Origin: a virus
Direction: 5' to 3' (one strand)
Length of the DNA stretch: 64,000 bases
Virus record (IMG/VR): IMGVR_UViG_3300046170_000494
Location: 114,984 to 178,983 of that record
The first letter of the stretch is position 1. Each line of letters opens with the position of its first letter. The position numbers and the translations under genes were made by a program. The notes under the pieces were generated by a model, which worked only from the letters and a program-made list of their open reading frames with translations, searched no databases and had not been told where the DNA came from. Shown here in pieces: positions 19,001 through 27,935 of this stretch.

Positions 19001-21210
19001 CTAGATATAGGATCGTAATTTGAAGGGATTAATACTTTCTTTAATTTTAAATGATACGCCCTAGAAGGTAGTTGACTAAAATTTTTACTATCAAATTTTA
19101 TTTTACATAAAGCGCTATGAGGGTAGCTTAATTTAATTGAGGATCTTTCTTGTACATCAGAAACTTGCAAAAGCCTTTGTTTTCCTATTCCTCCTACAGA
19201 ATCCAATCGACTTTTATTGTCTTCATCGTCAGTAGAATCATATTGCCCCCCACCTGTTTTAAGCGCAGGGTCATATTCTGAGCTTAATTTCACAACAGTT
19301 ATAATTGTAGACCCCTGCATCGCATTATAATTTTCTTCTGGATCAAATTCTATTTCAATATCAAATTTATAAGGAGATGAAGCAATACCCTCTATTATAA
19401 AGAAATTATCTCTCGAGATACTTAATCCTACATTAGAAGAGTCGCCATTTCCTTGGTCTGGCAATGATTTCACCCATGGATTAAAAACGCTACCAAGACT
19501 TAGAAGGTCATCTCTAGAAAGATCATCCGCAAGCTTAGCAAACGGGCCTCTCGAACTTAATGAGGATTCTTTTTTCATATCGACCAAGCCATCAACCTCT
19601 TCGGTATTTTTCCATTTTAAATAAATGTCCAATTCTTCATTAGTTATCGGACTGCCGTTTACATAAGCAAGGCCTGCTCTAATTCGACCTTCAGGTGTGT
19701 TGAGTCGATTTGATTTAGAGAAACCTTTTCCTAAAGAAATTTTCGACGATTTAGCTGAAGAATTTATATAATTAGCGACTTTCACATAAGTATTTTTTTC
19801 CTCTGCAAATTCCGCAGCCCTTTGCGATTCTTCTATTCGTTCAATTTCTTGTTGTTTTCTCATCTCAGCATAATTTAATTCAACAATATCTCCCTCCTTG
19901 TCATAAAATTTTAGACTTATAACTCCCGATGAAAGATCTAATATATTAACAGGGCTTCCTTTTTTAGATATATAAACAGAGAATCTGCAAGAATTTCTTA
20001 AAGTATTACCTTGATCGTCGCTTTGAGAAAGCTGCACGGCCATAGTGATAATGCATTTATTTATAAATTGATTTCTTATTGCGTGAGTAAATTTTTTAGC
20101 TCCATTATTTACAGCGTCTTGAGCGAAAGTGTATTCTGATTTTTTCTCACCATTATCATATGGACTTGCACCATAAAGAAGAGTGTCATATTCGATTACA
20201 TATGACACCTCATCAGTCATTATTTTATACTCATAATCATTGCCGTAAGATATTTCTGGCATTTCTTCCTCTTCATTAAGAACGAAATTAAAGCTGCCTT
20301 CCTCAAGGGAGCTTGTAGCAATTGTTTTTCTTCCAAATCCCTTCCTTTTTTTTCTTGTAGATGTAGTAAAAGTTGATGGATTTTTTACAGGCACTCCATT
20401 AAGAAAAATTCCTTCGCGAATATCATTCCCACTTATAGCTCCTCCAGCTTGACTCACAAACCCTTCAATAGGGCCTTCGGATAATAAATCTATATATTCT
20501 ACATTAGTATAAGACTCCAAAGACAGATCGCTTTTGCTATTCGATTTAAGAATATGCGTACTTTTTTTTGCATCTATAGTAGTAGACCCAACTTGTAGCC
20601 TCCCATAACCTAAAGGAACAGGAATACCTTGAGCCGTTTTATTCTGAGAGGATGAAAGCAAATATGATTTTGTTGAAATTTGCTTTCCTGGTTTAGGTGG
20701 CTCAGGGGGCTTAAATAGAGCTTGCATCACAAAACTGATTGCAACACTTACTGCGATAGCTTTTATAAATCCTGCCGCAGTAAAACCTCCTGCTGCTCCT
20801 GCTCCTGCACCAAGACCCATCGCAGAACCTAAAGTGCCAAGACCAGTCATTAATGCGGAGCCGATTCCAACTGCAGCAGTAGCAACGGCTGATGCAAATC
20901 CTACAATAGCGCTTACTACAAATCCTCCTTGAATTGCGCAAACTAAATGAATCTCTTTATTTTTGTATTTCATTTCAAAATCTTTGGGCAAAACAACATC
21001 TTCAGGGGATATACTTTCCTTATTTTTAGGCTCGTACTTTGAGAGCATAATATACTCAGTTCCTTCCGACTTTAATTTATACATATGCTCAAAAAACCCG
21101 TCCAGATTACATTCTAGAGCCCACATAAGCTCAGGGATAGTTTTTGCGTCAACCTCTAATTTATGCACAAACTTCTTACCTAAATCTCCATGTAAATAAA
21201 CCGTCTTCAT
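16024..21210 (-). CDS. Tail tip protein: lambda gpI-like N-terminus fused to the gpJ-like central region
   Basis: MKTVYLHGDLGKKF and QGIPVPLGYGRLQVGS (gpI-like); DLLSEGPIEG, YPHSAL, WTDNPAWIFYDL..RYGLG and EPRFTC (gpJ-like). Confidence 0.85.
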   Translation of the reverse strand: MKTVYLHGDLGKKFVHKLEVDAKTIPELMWALECNLDGFFEHMYKLKSEGTEYIMLSKYEPKNKESISPEDVVLPKDFEMKYKNKEIHLVCAIQGGFVVSAIVGFASAVATAAVGIGSALMTGLGTLGSAMGLGAGAGAAGGFTAAGFIKAIAVSVAISFVMQALFKPPEPPKPGKQISTKSYLLSSSQNKTAQGIPVPLGYGRLQVGSTTIDAKKSTHILKSNSKSDLSLESYTNVEYIDLLSEGPIEGFVSQAGGAISGNDIREGIFLNGVPVKNPSTFTTSTRKKRKGFGRKTIATSSLEEGSFNFVLNEEEEMPEISYGNDYEYKIMTDEVSYVIEYDTLLYGASPYDNGEKKSEYTFAQDAVNNGAKKFTHAIRNQFINKCIITMAVQLSQSDDQGNTLRNSCRFSVYISKKGSPVNILDLSSGVISLKFYDKEGDIVELNYAEMRKQQEIERIEESQRAAEFAEEKNTYVKVANYINSSAKSSKISLGKGFSKSNRLNTPEGRIRAGLAYVNGSPITNEELDIYLKWKNTEEVDGLVDMKKESSLSSRGPFAKLADDLSRDDLLSLGSVFNPWVKSLPDQGNGDSSNVGLSISRDNFFIIEGIASSPYKFDIEIEFDPEENYNAMQGSTIITVVKLSSEYDPALKTGGGQYDSTDDEDNKSRLDSVGGIGKQRLLQVSDVQERSSIKLSYPHSALCKIKFDSKNFSQLPSRAYHLKLKKVLIPSNYDPISRKYKGPWNGFFKGQTIDGSSVNDISDEFRYWTDNPAWIFYDLVQNPRYGLGKYGLEEYNIDKWQLYKAAKYCDELVETRHPPETLTFSPRSCVTNNNISNQEGDGEEGSFEISFHQNGFYNSNGSDVEYTSYSEGEFRKDFGEGVEFQGLKVAIFMYQHNFSESTMQQTNARQLVRKNSCVRRGEIVIEERVLKESNPAKKSITVFGPSLEEIPSTFSINGKRRTLGAACLQKNYPVIEPRFTCSTYLHERGEALTVMNNLASVFRGIIGYDFGKILTIQDSQKDPIILFNNSNIDRETGFMYSGMDKNKKFTSCLVRFNNKNKNYKPDLVYEEDSAAMRVYGYQENEVMGLGITSETQARRLARWVLYSSQLENEKISFTTSEEGSYLYPGAIFEVSDENRAGKNMSGRVLDISSFEGESPYILIDKSAKDFVSINKVEFSVNVGLPFLTDKIIDGRASSHKSSEDQDAEIESYNTPQFIKFQASIGVNENINKFGPQGQKTILSNLMVKVPFSVDLNKNVIKAYNHNLENGDRVRFISSGLLPAGLDKLRVGSSSYFVVNAGLHTFQVALTLNGDHINISDRGRDQFSNTGGLHYFAVESQSFTQRYIDQIEIGASYSLQGIFGSEITEQATHNPNDLENYFIFTSEIETNWYESLMFGTVNIPSDNGFIFSASLGWIYVGSMNYSRNDDNEFFWFWSAEFGWVSTTNNLYNQYWWSSNDQKWIYVKFLQTGSNFSPLMFFVFQENHNYSKNDIYSIPDGGDFSILHAAASSGFWITSKANMGSSQIQQFLGVTPSEVEAELTLQDVQRNPAYHSAVISDWEKVSSLNNDVTNMDALRIKFESGHGLDFFKNNKITIRDFDSSSSNLDDNVINKTWNIIFISNDEIELIDSHNAYLIFDVTINDKGSVEYIESIQNRLFRSFESQLFRVLSVKEVEDRKFEVNGMEYNDSKFDSVDKNLSIKMPALPIPPQADMSLPEPPENLVLTDLTI

Positions 21211-21233
21211 CCTTATACCTTAAGCTTATTACA

Positions 21234-21542
21234 CTAATTATTTAAAAAATAAAAACTATCATCAATAACTCCATAAATTAAAAAAGGGATGTCAATTTGC
21301 TTCTGGAAGATGATATCAGTTCTTGATGGTTTACACGTTCCTATCACATGAGAATGATAAATACATGAAACATCTTTTTCAATTAATAATATTGGATTTA
21401 TAAAAAAATGATATTTCGGTTTTTTACTTAAATTTTTACAATAATAAACTTCCCCATTCTCAATAAAGCCGCATACTTCTTCATTCAAATTTTGTAAAGC
21501 GTATTCTTTAATTTTTTCCTTAATCTCTTTTGAAATTATCAT
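21234..21542 (-). CDS. JAB/MPN metalloprotease-domain tail assembly protein (gpK-like, no NlpC/P60 domain)
   Basis: NEEVCG and IYHSHV..PSRTD JAMM motif; positioned between L and I/J. Confidence 0.8.
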   Translation of the reverse strand: MIISKEIKEKIKEYALQNLNEEVCGFIENGEVYYCKNLSKKPKYHFFINPILLIEKDVSCIYHSHVIGTCKPSRTDIIFQKQIDIPFLIYGVIDDSFYFLNN

Positions 21543-22615
21543 CCCTCAATTGGAAATCTTTCTGTGCCAGGAAAACCTCCAAACGGAAGAGAATTATTTT
21601 TTGATTTATTGTATTCTTGTAATTCTTTGCCAAACCTTAGTTGACAAGCATCTAAAGTCTTACGGCATTCGTCTTTTATCCAGTAATCGTTATCAATAAA
21701 AGGGTGATGCTCTTTAGCGATTTCGTGTGCTTGAACACATACAAAAACATTAGGGGTTGTCCTGTAAGGGTTATTAGAGCCTTTTCCTATAATTTTTACT
21801 ATATCTCCCAAGGAATAGCCATTTATATTTTGTGGGTTACCATTTTTGCCATATCGATTCCACTCGGGAATATCATTAAAACTCAAACTACTATCAATAC
21901 TTCCTCCCGCTCCTGCTTTATTTTTGTTTTTAGCAAAACCAGCTATTAAGCTAGTTTCGTCCGAAGCCTCTATAGGAAGTCCTTTGTACCCACAACCTAT
22001 ACTGCACCTATATTTCCAAGTACAATAAGCAGACAAAACAGTTCTTGCAGGAACAAATGCGTTTTCGAGTTCTAAAGCAGAAACTAATTCAAGTTCAATT
22101 AAGTTTTTAGCATCTAATATTTTTTTATTCACAAAAAATATATCATCAGGAAAATGAGCGTCAGCATCAGGAGAGCCAAAATGATTATCTCCGGCATCAT
22201 TGGTGTTTCTGTTGAGATAATTTTCTGCATCCAAAAATCTAGCATAAGTTCTTTTTCTTGAAATTTTACAATTAGCAAAATCCTTATTAGTTTTTAGTAT
22301 CAAAGAGAAAATGCCATCTGGATTAGCGATTTTAAGTCGAGGTCTAGGAAGCTTCCCGTCTCCGGTTTTTTCAAAACCATCTGTTTCTATAGGTAAAGGT
22401 TGATACGCTTTACCTTGCCAATAAATTGGATTAGCGCCATTAATCATACCGCAAAATCTATATATGGAACTGTCCCCAAAATTAATATCAGCAATATCAT
22501 TAAAATAAGCAACATTTTCTTGCATAATACTAAAATCTATCTCATATAGCTCTATAAGAGCATCAGGAGCTATAGAAAGCATTTGCTTTGATAGATTTGA
22601 TGTTGATTTACTCAT
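21539..22615 (-). CDS. Minor tail protein L-like (putative Fe-S cluster)
   Basis: LIELYEID, LPRPRLKIAN, RTYARFLDA, YCTWKYRCSIGCGY, DECRKTLDACQLRF and LPFGGFPG. Confidence 0.88.
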   Translation of the reverse strand: MSKSTSNLSKQMLSIAPDALIELYEIDFSIMQENVAYFNDIADINFGDSSIYRFCGMINGANPIYWQGKAYQPLPIETDGFEKTGDGKLPRPRLKIANPDGIFSLILKTNKDFANCKISRKRTYARFLDAENYLNRNTNDAGDNHFGSPDADAHFPDDIFFVNKKILDAKNLIELELVSALELENAFVPARTVLSAYCTWKYRCSIGCGYKGLPIEASDETSLIAGFAKNKNKAGAGGSIDSSLSFNDIPEWNRYGKNGNPQNINGYSLGDIVKIIGKGSNNPYRTTPNVFVCVQAHEIAKEHHPFIDNDYWIKDECRKTLDACQLRFGKELQEYNKSKNNSLPFGGFPGTERFPIEG

Positions 22616-25600
22616 TTACTTCTATATATATTTGAATTTGACCTTCTTGTGGACTTAGAAATGTATCACTGTTTATTATAACATTTTGAGAAAAATATCT
22701 ATTTTGTTTAGATAAAACAACCTTATCCGTTTCATAATCACTAGCCGAATGAACTTGATGATAATAATAATTAAATAAGTCAGCGTGGTATTTCACATAA
22801 GCTTCGTAATCATTTGATCCATTTACTGTAGGCATAAATCTACCTTCGCCATTTCCATTGTTTTGCCAATGATTTTCTCCCCATGAAGCCATGGAAGTTG
22901 CGCTTGATTTCAAAGTTCTTACTAAAATTTCATCATTATTTTGATCCACAAGGAAATCTTCTATATCTAAACTTGAAGGAAGGTAAACTACATAAAGATA
23001 ACCTCTTTGACCAGGCTTTAACTTATTTGTTTTTCTAATAGAAGTAAATATAGAAGATATAAAGTAACTAGATTCAGAATAGTTTGTGGATTGCCCAGCA
23101 GTAATTCTCTTTATATCTCCATTATTTCTTTGAAAATATTCATTCAATTCAACTCCATTTGCATCAACTTCTGTAAAATATTCGCCACCCTCAATCCCAT
23201 TATCATAACCCTCTAACCTTATTGTTTTACCGTTAAGGCCAAAAGGTAGGTTATGTGGAAAGGAAGCGTCGTATGAAGGAATTGGATATGTGTAATCTTC
23301 TTTAGATAATTCTTCTTCAACTATAATAGCCGGATTATTTGGCGCATTTCCTAAAATAGAAAAATTAACATCATTTGAATTTGTATCTAGCGATATTGAA
23401 CTTATATTTACGGTTTCTCCTCCAACATTCTCTAAAAACATTTTTTTCCTTAAAACTTTATTTGGGTTTATATTATCGTCGCCTAATTTAGATGCAAAAA
23501 TCAAAGGGTTAGTAAAGTGTAATTCACCCGGCCCAACAATTGGCTGTGTTGAAAAATTAGTTAATGTTTGCGCTTCAAAATTAAATGGATATTGCTCGAA
23601 AACTGCGGTTATATCATGATTATTTTTATATTTATAAGTATGATCCCAGGATTGGCATACAAAATTTTGCGGAGCTTCATATGGAGCTGGGGGAGAAAAT
23701 AAAAATGGAATATAACCTAAATGACTTTCTAAAAAATGAAGTATAGCATAAGCCTCTTCGTCGCTTCTATTATTAAATTTTAAATTTAATTTCAGTAAAC
23801 TTTCATTAATTCCATCGTTATAGATCTGAGTATACTTAGAACTTAAAGAAACTGTATTCAACCTAGGTTTTTGATTAACATTTAAACCTATAGAAGGTAG
23901 CCAAAAAAATTCTCTAGTCCAATACTCTTTATTAATATCAGCATATTCACCGCTAGCCCTAGTCCATTCAGAATTTTTTATTACTGGATCCTTGCCGGCG
24001 ACACCTGTTTGATTATACCAATAATAATATTGATTATTTATTTCTGAATATGCAATATCATTTTTTTGATAAGTTTCACTACTATCATAGCTAGGAGCTC
24101 TTTTAGTGAACAATGATTCTCCTTTGTTTAGAATAGAAGTATTTAAATTAGTTAAGCTAAGACTTATATTATTACTATCTTCAAAATTCAATGAATGATT
24201 AAAATTTCCGCAATAAAATGTTTTAGATTGATTACTTAAAGAATCATAAGGATGAAACGTTGAATTTCCATCCCACCTAAATCCAGAAATTCCTTGAGAA
24301 TATTTTAAATAACTTATATTTTTATCTTTTTCTAATTGACCAAGATGATTTTCTACAAAATGAATAATTGCATTAGCCTCTTTATTAGTTCTATTTGCAA
24401 ATTTTAAATTAGCTTGAAATTTCAAAGAGTTAGTTGAAACCGGAAACAATTTATAATAACCATTTCCATAATCCATTCTTCTATTTTTTGCTTGAAACTG
24501 AACATTAGATCCGTAATCCGCATCGAAGAAAAACCTATCGGTAACCCAACTATCACTACCATTAGGGTCTTCATTTATTGCGGTTAAAATAATTTCATGA
24601 GAGCCAGCTTCTTCAAAAGAATTAATAGTTATTTGATCAGTTAGACCTTGAACCTGAATTCTATCATATTTACCATCCCCTGCGCGGACAGTTTCATCAA
24701 GATTAGGAAGGCTTTTTGGAGACTGATTTTGAGTAGAGTCTGCGCGTATTTGATAATTCTTATCTATAATATAATATTTTTGATCATTATAATTATAAAA
24801 CGCTCCATGCACTGTTTTAACTTGTGGTAGTTTATAACAATATATCCAACTATCACTACCCAAAACGTCAAAGACCTCATCTTGTTCAAAATCGTCTTGC
24901 CCTAATATATAAAAAAAGCTACTTCCTCTCCTTCTATATTGGCCATTTTCAGGAATTGTATTATATTCATCCCTTGAAATCCTTAAGTTTTCCCACGAGT
25001 CAAGGAAATTATCTTGATCATCTCTCATATTCTCCCCGTTTTTGTCTTGAAACAATACTTCGGTTAAACCTGTAAGATCATGTAAATCACTCGCGCTTGA
25101 AACAGCATAAAAATAAGAACTGTCAATTTTTAAAAAACCATTAGATGCAGAGTTTTCGTTACCTATTGAACCTTTATCAGCAAGAATCCAAACTCCGTTA
25201 CCTTTTCCTATACTAGAATCGCTTCTACTATTATCCTGATTCTTCCAAAACCAAAATTTCTGTAGATAAACCCCATTTTCTTTAACAGGTATAATATATA
25301 TCCACCCCCAAAAATAATGACGAATCCACCCATTATTACTTTTAGACATAAAAAATTTACGATTATCAATCTCAGTACTTTCGTCTTTATTTGCAAGCAT
25401 AAACCAAGACGATCTATAACGACCTCTCCCAAGAGCATTAGCATCTAAAGTATCTCTAATTGTGCCATCTGAATTTATATCTAAATCGGTCGCAAAATTT
25501 TTATCAATATTTATAACATTATATAAACCTGAAGCGTCTTGAATCGATCCTTCTAGATTTATAGTTTGTCCTACTTTGATAGAATTGCCTAAAGCATCTG

Positions 25601-25889
25601 TCTTATTATGATCATCAAGTATATAATGCGAGGTTCGCCCATTTACAGTTGGCCCATCAGGGTCTAAAGAAAATCTATGAGAGCCAGATAAAATAGCTCC
25701 ACCACCATAGGACATATCTTCGGTAGCGTAATAAAATAACCCATCACCAGTATTATATACAAAATCAAATTTTTCATAAGAAGCTCCGGCTTGAAATATT
25801 CCCGAATAATTAGAAGTATGAGTTATTCTTTCATGAGAATACTTCGCAGTTGAACTTTGATTATATGATTCGGGAAAAGGTAGTGTCAT
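22608..25889 (-). CDS. Distal tail protein with two gpM-like domains and inserted accessory domains
   Basis: Two copies of the motif L.F.NR...EA.AI.HF.E.HLG; PFLFSPP..FVCQSW; located just before L. Confidence 0.7.
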   Translation of the reverse strand: MTLPFPESYNQSSTAKYSHERITHTSNYSGIFQAGASYEKFDFVYNTGDGLFYYATEDMSYGGGAILSGSHRFSLDPDGPTVNGRTSHYILDDHNKTDALGNSIKVGQTINLEGSIQDASGLYNVINIDKNFATDLDINSDGTIRDTLDANALGRGRYRSSWFMLANKDESTEIDNRKFFMSKSNNGWIRHYFWGWIYIIPVKENGVYLQKFWFWKNQDNSRSDSSIGKGNGVWILADKGSIGNENSASNGFLKIDSSYFYAVSSASDLHDLTGLTEVLFQDKNGENMRDDQDNFLDSWENLRISRDEYNTIPENGQYRRRGSSFFYILGQDDFEQDEVFDVLGSDSWIYCYKLPQVKTVHGAFYNYNDQKYYIIDKNYQIRADSTQNQSPKSLPNLDETVRAGDGKYDRIQVQGLTDQITINSFEEAGSHEIILTAINEDPNGSDSWVTDRFFFDADYGSNVQFQAKNRRMDYGNGYYKLFPVSTNSLKFQANLKFANRTNKEANAIIHFVENHLGQLEKDKNISYLKYSQGISGFRWDGNSTFHPYDSLSNQSKTFYCGNFNHSLNFEDSNNISLSLTNLNTSILNKGESLFTKRAPSYDSSETYQKNDIAYSEINNQYYYWYNQTGVAGKDPVIKNSEWTRASGEYADINKEYWTREFFWLPSIGLNVNQKPRLNTVSLSSKYTQIYNDGINESLLKLNLKFNNRSDEEAYAILHFLESHLGYIPFLFSPPAPYEAPQNFVCQSWDHTYKYKNNHDITAVFEQYPFNFEAQTLTNFSTQPIVGPGELHFTNPLIFASKLGDDNINPNKVLRKKMFLENVGGETVNISSISLDTNSNDVNFSILGNAPNNPAIIVEEELSKEDYTYPIPSYDASFPHNLPFGLNGKTIRLEGYDNGIEGGEYFTEVDANGVELNEYFQRNNGDIKRITAGQSTNYSESSYFISSIFTSIRKTNKLKPGQRGYLYVVYLPSSLDIEDFLVDQNNDEILVRTLKSSATSMASWGENHWQNNGNGEGRFMPTVNGSNDYEAYVKYHADLFNYYYHQVHSASDYETDKVVLSKQNRYFSQNVIINSDTFLSPQEGQIQIYIEVNE

Positions 25890-26809
25890 TTAATTACCTC
25901 CTTGATAGTCATAGATCCTTTTGCATAACTACCTTCTGAAACTTGTAGCGATTGAGTATGTATCTTACCAGATGTCGAAAATTTTGCAACTTGCTCTCCA
26001 GTTAGTCCATATAAATAAGCAGTGATTGTCGAATTATTCAACCCAAAAGGGGTTGAACCATTTTGTTGATCGCCATAAGGATTAAGGTTAGGAATAAGTT
26101 CGTTAGATTCAATATTCATTTCGCTAGTGATATTTTCTGCGGTAATTCTATATGGAGTTGCTCCCTCTGATCTCGTGTTTACAGAAGTATGTTCGTTATC
26201 TCGAATATGGCTATGAACTTTTCTTGTCACATTTATATTATATTTTAGATTACTAATCTCAAATTGCCTTCCTATTGCGCTTGCTGCGCTAGCCCCACTT
26301 ATTTTAACATTACCAAATGATTGTAATCCGTGAGCAAAATCTACAACAGGTTGAGAAAATCTATCTATAGCTTCTTCATATCTTTTAATTGTTCCATATA
26401 TATCATAAACTGCAGTAGCTATTAAATTTTTAAATGGAGCCAAAGTAAAACTAAAGCTTTTTAAAAACATGCCATCAAATTTATACCTTCCAACAATATT
26501 ATCATCAATAGGATTGTCTGACATACCAGCTTTAATTTCGAACATTTTTTCTATTGAATTAGGATTCTTATTAATTAAGAAAGTTTCAGCAGATATATAA
26601 AAATTTATTTCTAATTGCCCTTGAAGCATTCCAACCGGATAAAATTCAACAAATTGAGTTGGCGCACCGCATATACTAAGATCTGTTCTGCCGTAAACTT
26701 TTTCTTCAGTAAGTTTTGGAGAAATAGATAAATTTGCACTATTAGCCATAATATTCTTGCCGCCTATTTGAATACGGCTATTTTCAAATCTTAAAAATGG
26801 ATCACTCAT
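25886..26809 (-). CDS. Tail tube-fold/baseplate protein
   Basis: Pattern similarity to the 39034 tube family (FLKSFSFTL; ISNLKYNINVTRK); lies between TMP and M. Confidence 0.45.
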   Translation of the reverse strand: MSDPFLRFENSRIQIGGKNIMANSANLSISPKLTEEKVYGRTDLSICGAPTQFVEFYPVGMLQGQLEINFYISAETFLINKNPNSIEKMFEIKAGMSDNPIDDNIVGRYKFDGMFLKSFSFTLAPFKNLIATAVYDIYGTIKRYEEAIDRFSQPVVDFAHGLQSFGNVKISGASAASAIGRQFEISNLKYNINVTRKVHSHIRDNEHTSVNTRSEGATPYRITAENITSEMNIESNELIPNLNPYGDQQNGSTPFGLNNSTITAYLYGLTGEQVAKFSTSGKIHTQSLQVSEGSYAKGSMTIKEVIK

Positions 26810-27935
26810 CTCCGTCTATAGAATTATGTAAAGTATCATAACCTTTATAAGTTAAAGAAATAGACATTTCTCCTTCGATAGAAGAGTTAATTGATTCTCC
26901 TATTAATCGAACATTATGACCCGTATACGCATTAATCATTTCCTTAGTTTGTCCATCTCGAATTTCTATTGAAACTGTACTTTTCGGCGCAGATTGAATT
27001 CTATCTTTTATTTCTCTAATTTCATATTCATTAGCGATCATAGTAAAATTTATATCTGTTTCAATTGGGTATTGAGTGTCAACCTGAACAGGCTGAAGGT
27101 TAGGTACTGAAGGTTTTGATCCGGCAACCCAATCCTCTTCCGTTCCTCTAGGTAGTCCATATACTGGGGTTAAATTCAGTGTTCTTGTGAAAGAAAAATC
27201 ACTAATAGCATCAATACTGAAATCGCTAACCGTAACCCTCATGCTTGCTTGATCAGTAAATTGAGTTGGTGGGTGATTATACTGAACTATATCATCATAT
27301 GAACGTTCAATCTTAAACGCTTCCTGACCTAATCGAAGTATTATGCCTCCATCTATTATATCAGTAGGGTGTAGACTATTATATTCTTCTTCGGTTAATT
27401 CAATCGATTGATTATTATAGGCATAACTAATATTTTCACCAACTGTATTTCCATCTGAATCGGTTAGAAATACTGAAGATGCATTCCAAGGATAATTTGT
27501 ATGATTTTGATCTACAAGAGCGGTAAAGCTTTTTAACACATCTTTGCCAAGTTCGCCGTATACTGTAAAATCAGTTTGTATTTCAGGTAATTGTCCAACC
27601 GTACAAGATACTGAATATCTATTTAATCTTGCCTGAGTAAAGCCGAAACCTTTAGTTTTGTTACTGTATAAAATTACCCCACTAATTTCGTCTTCATCAA
27701 ATTTATACTTTCCTATAGAGTCGGTTTCTAGCATTGGATCTGCGCTGACCATTGTTCTATTTATAGAAAAGTTTCCTTGTAAAGGAGAATCAATTAAAGC
27801 ATCAATAAAACCAACACCAGCTACTCTAACAGGTTTCTCTGCTATACCGTAACTACCATCAACAGACTGAACGCCAGATAATGCGTATCCATTAAGAACA
27901 ATAGTTTGTTCATAATTGGAATAACTACTACTCAT
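26802..27935 (-). CDS. Tail tube-fold protein (paralogue)
   Basis: LSGVQSVDGSY, RLNRYSVSCTVGQLP and ISDFSFTRTLNLTPVYGL align by eye with the 39034 and 40379 proteins. Confidence 0.55.
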   Translation of the reverse strand: MSSSYSNYEQTIVLNGYALSGVQSVDGSYGIAEKPVRVAGVGFIDALIDSPLQGNFSINRTMVSADPMLETDSIGKYKFDEDEISGVILYSNKTKGFGFTQARLNRYSVSCTVGQLPEIQTDFTVYGELGKDVLKSFTALVDQNHTNYPWNASSVFLTDSDGNTVGENISYAYNNQSIELTEEEYNSLHPTDIIDGGIILRLGQEAFKIERSYDDIVQYNHPPTQFTDQASMRVTVSDFSIDAISDFSFTRTLNLTPVYGLPRGTEEDWVAGSKPSVPNLQPVQVDTQYPIETDINFTMIANEYEIREIKDRIQSAPKSTVSIEIRDGQTKEMINAYTGHNVRLIGESINSSIEGEMSISLTYKGYDTLHNSIDGDE

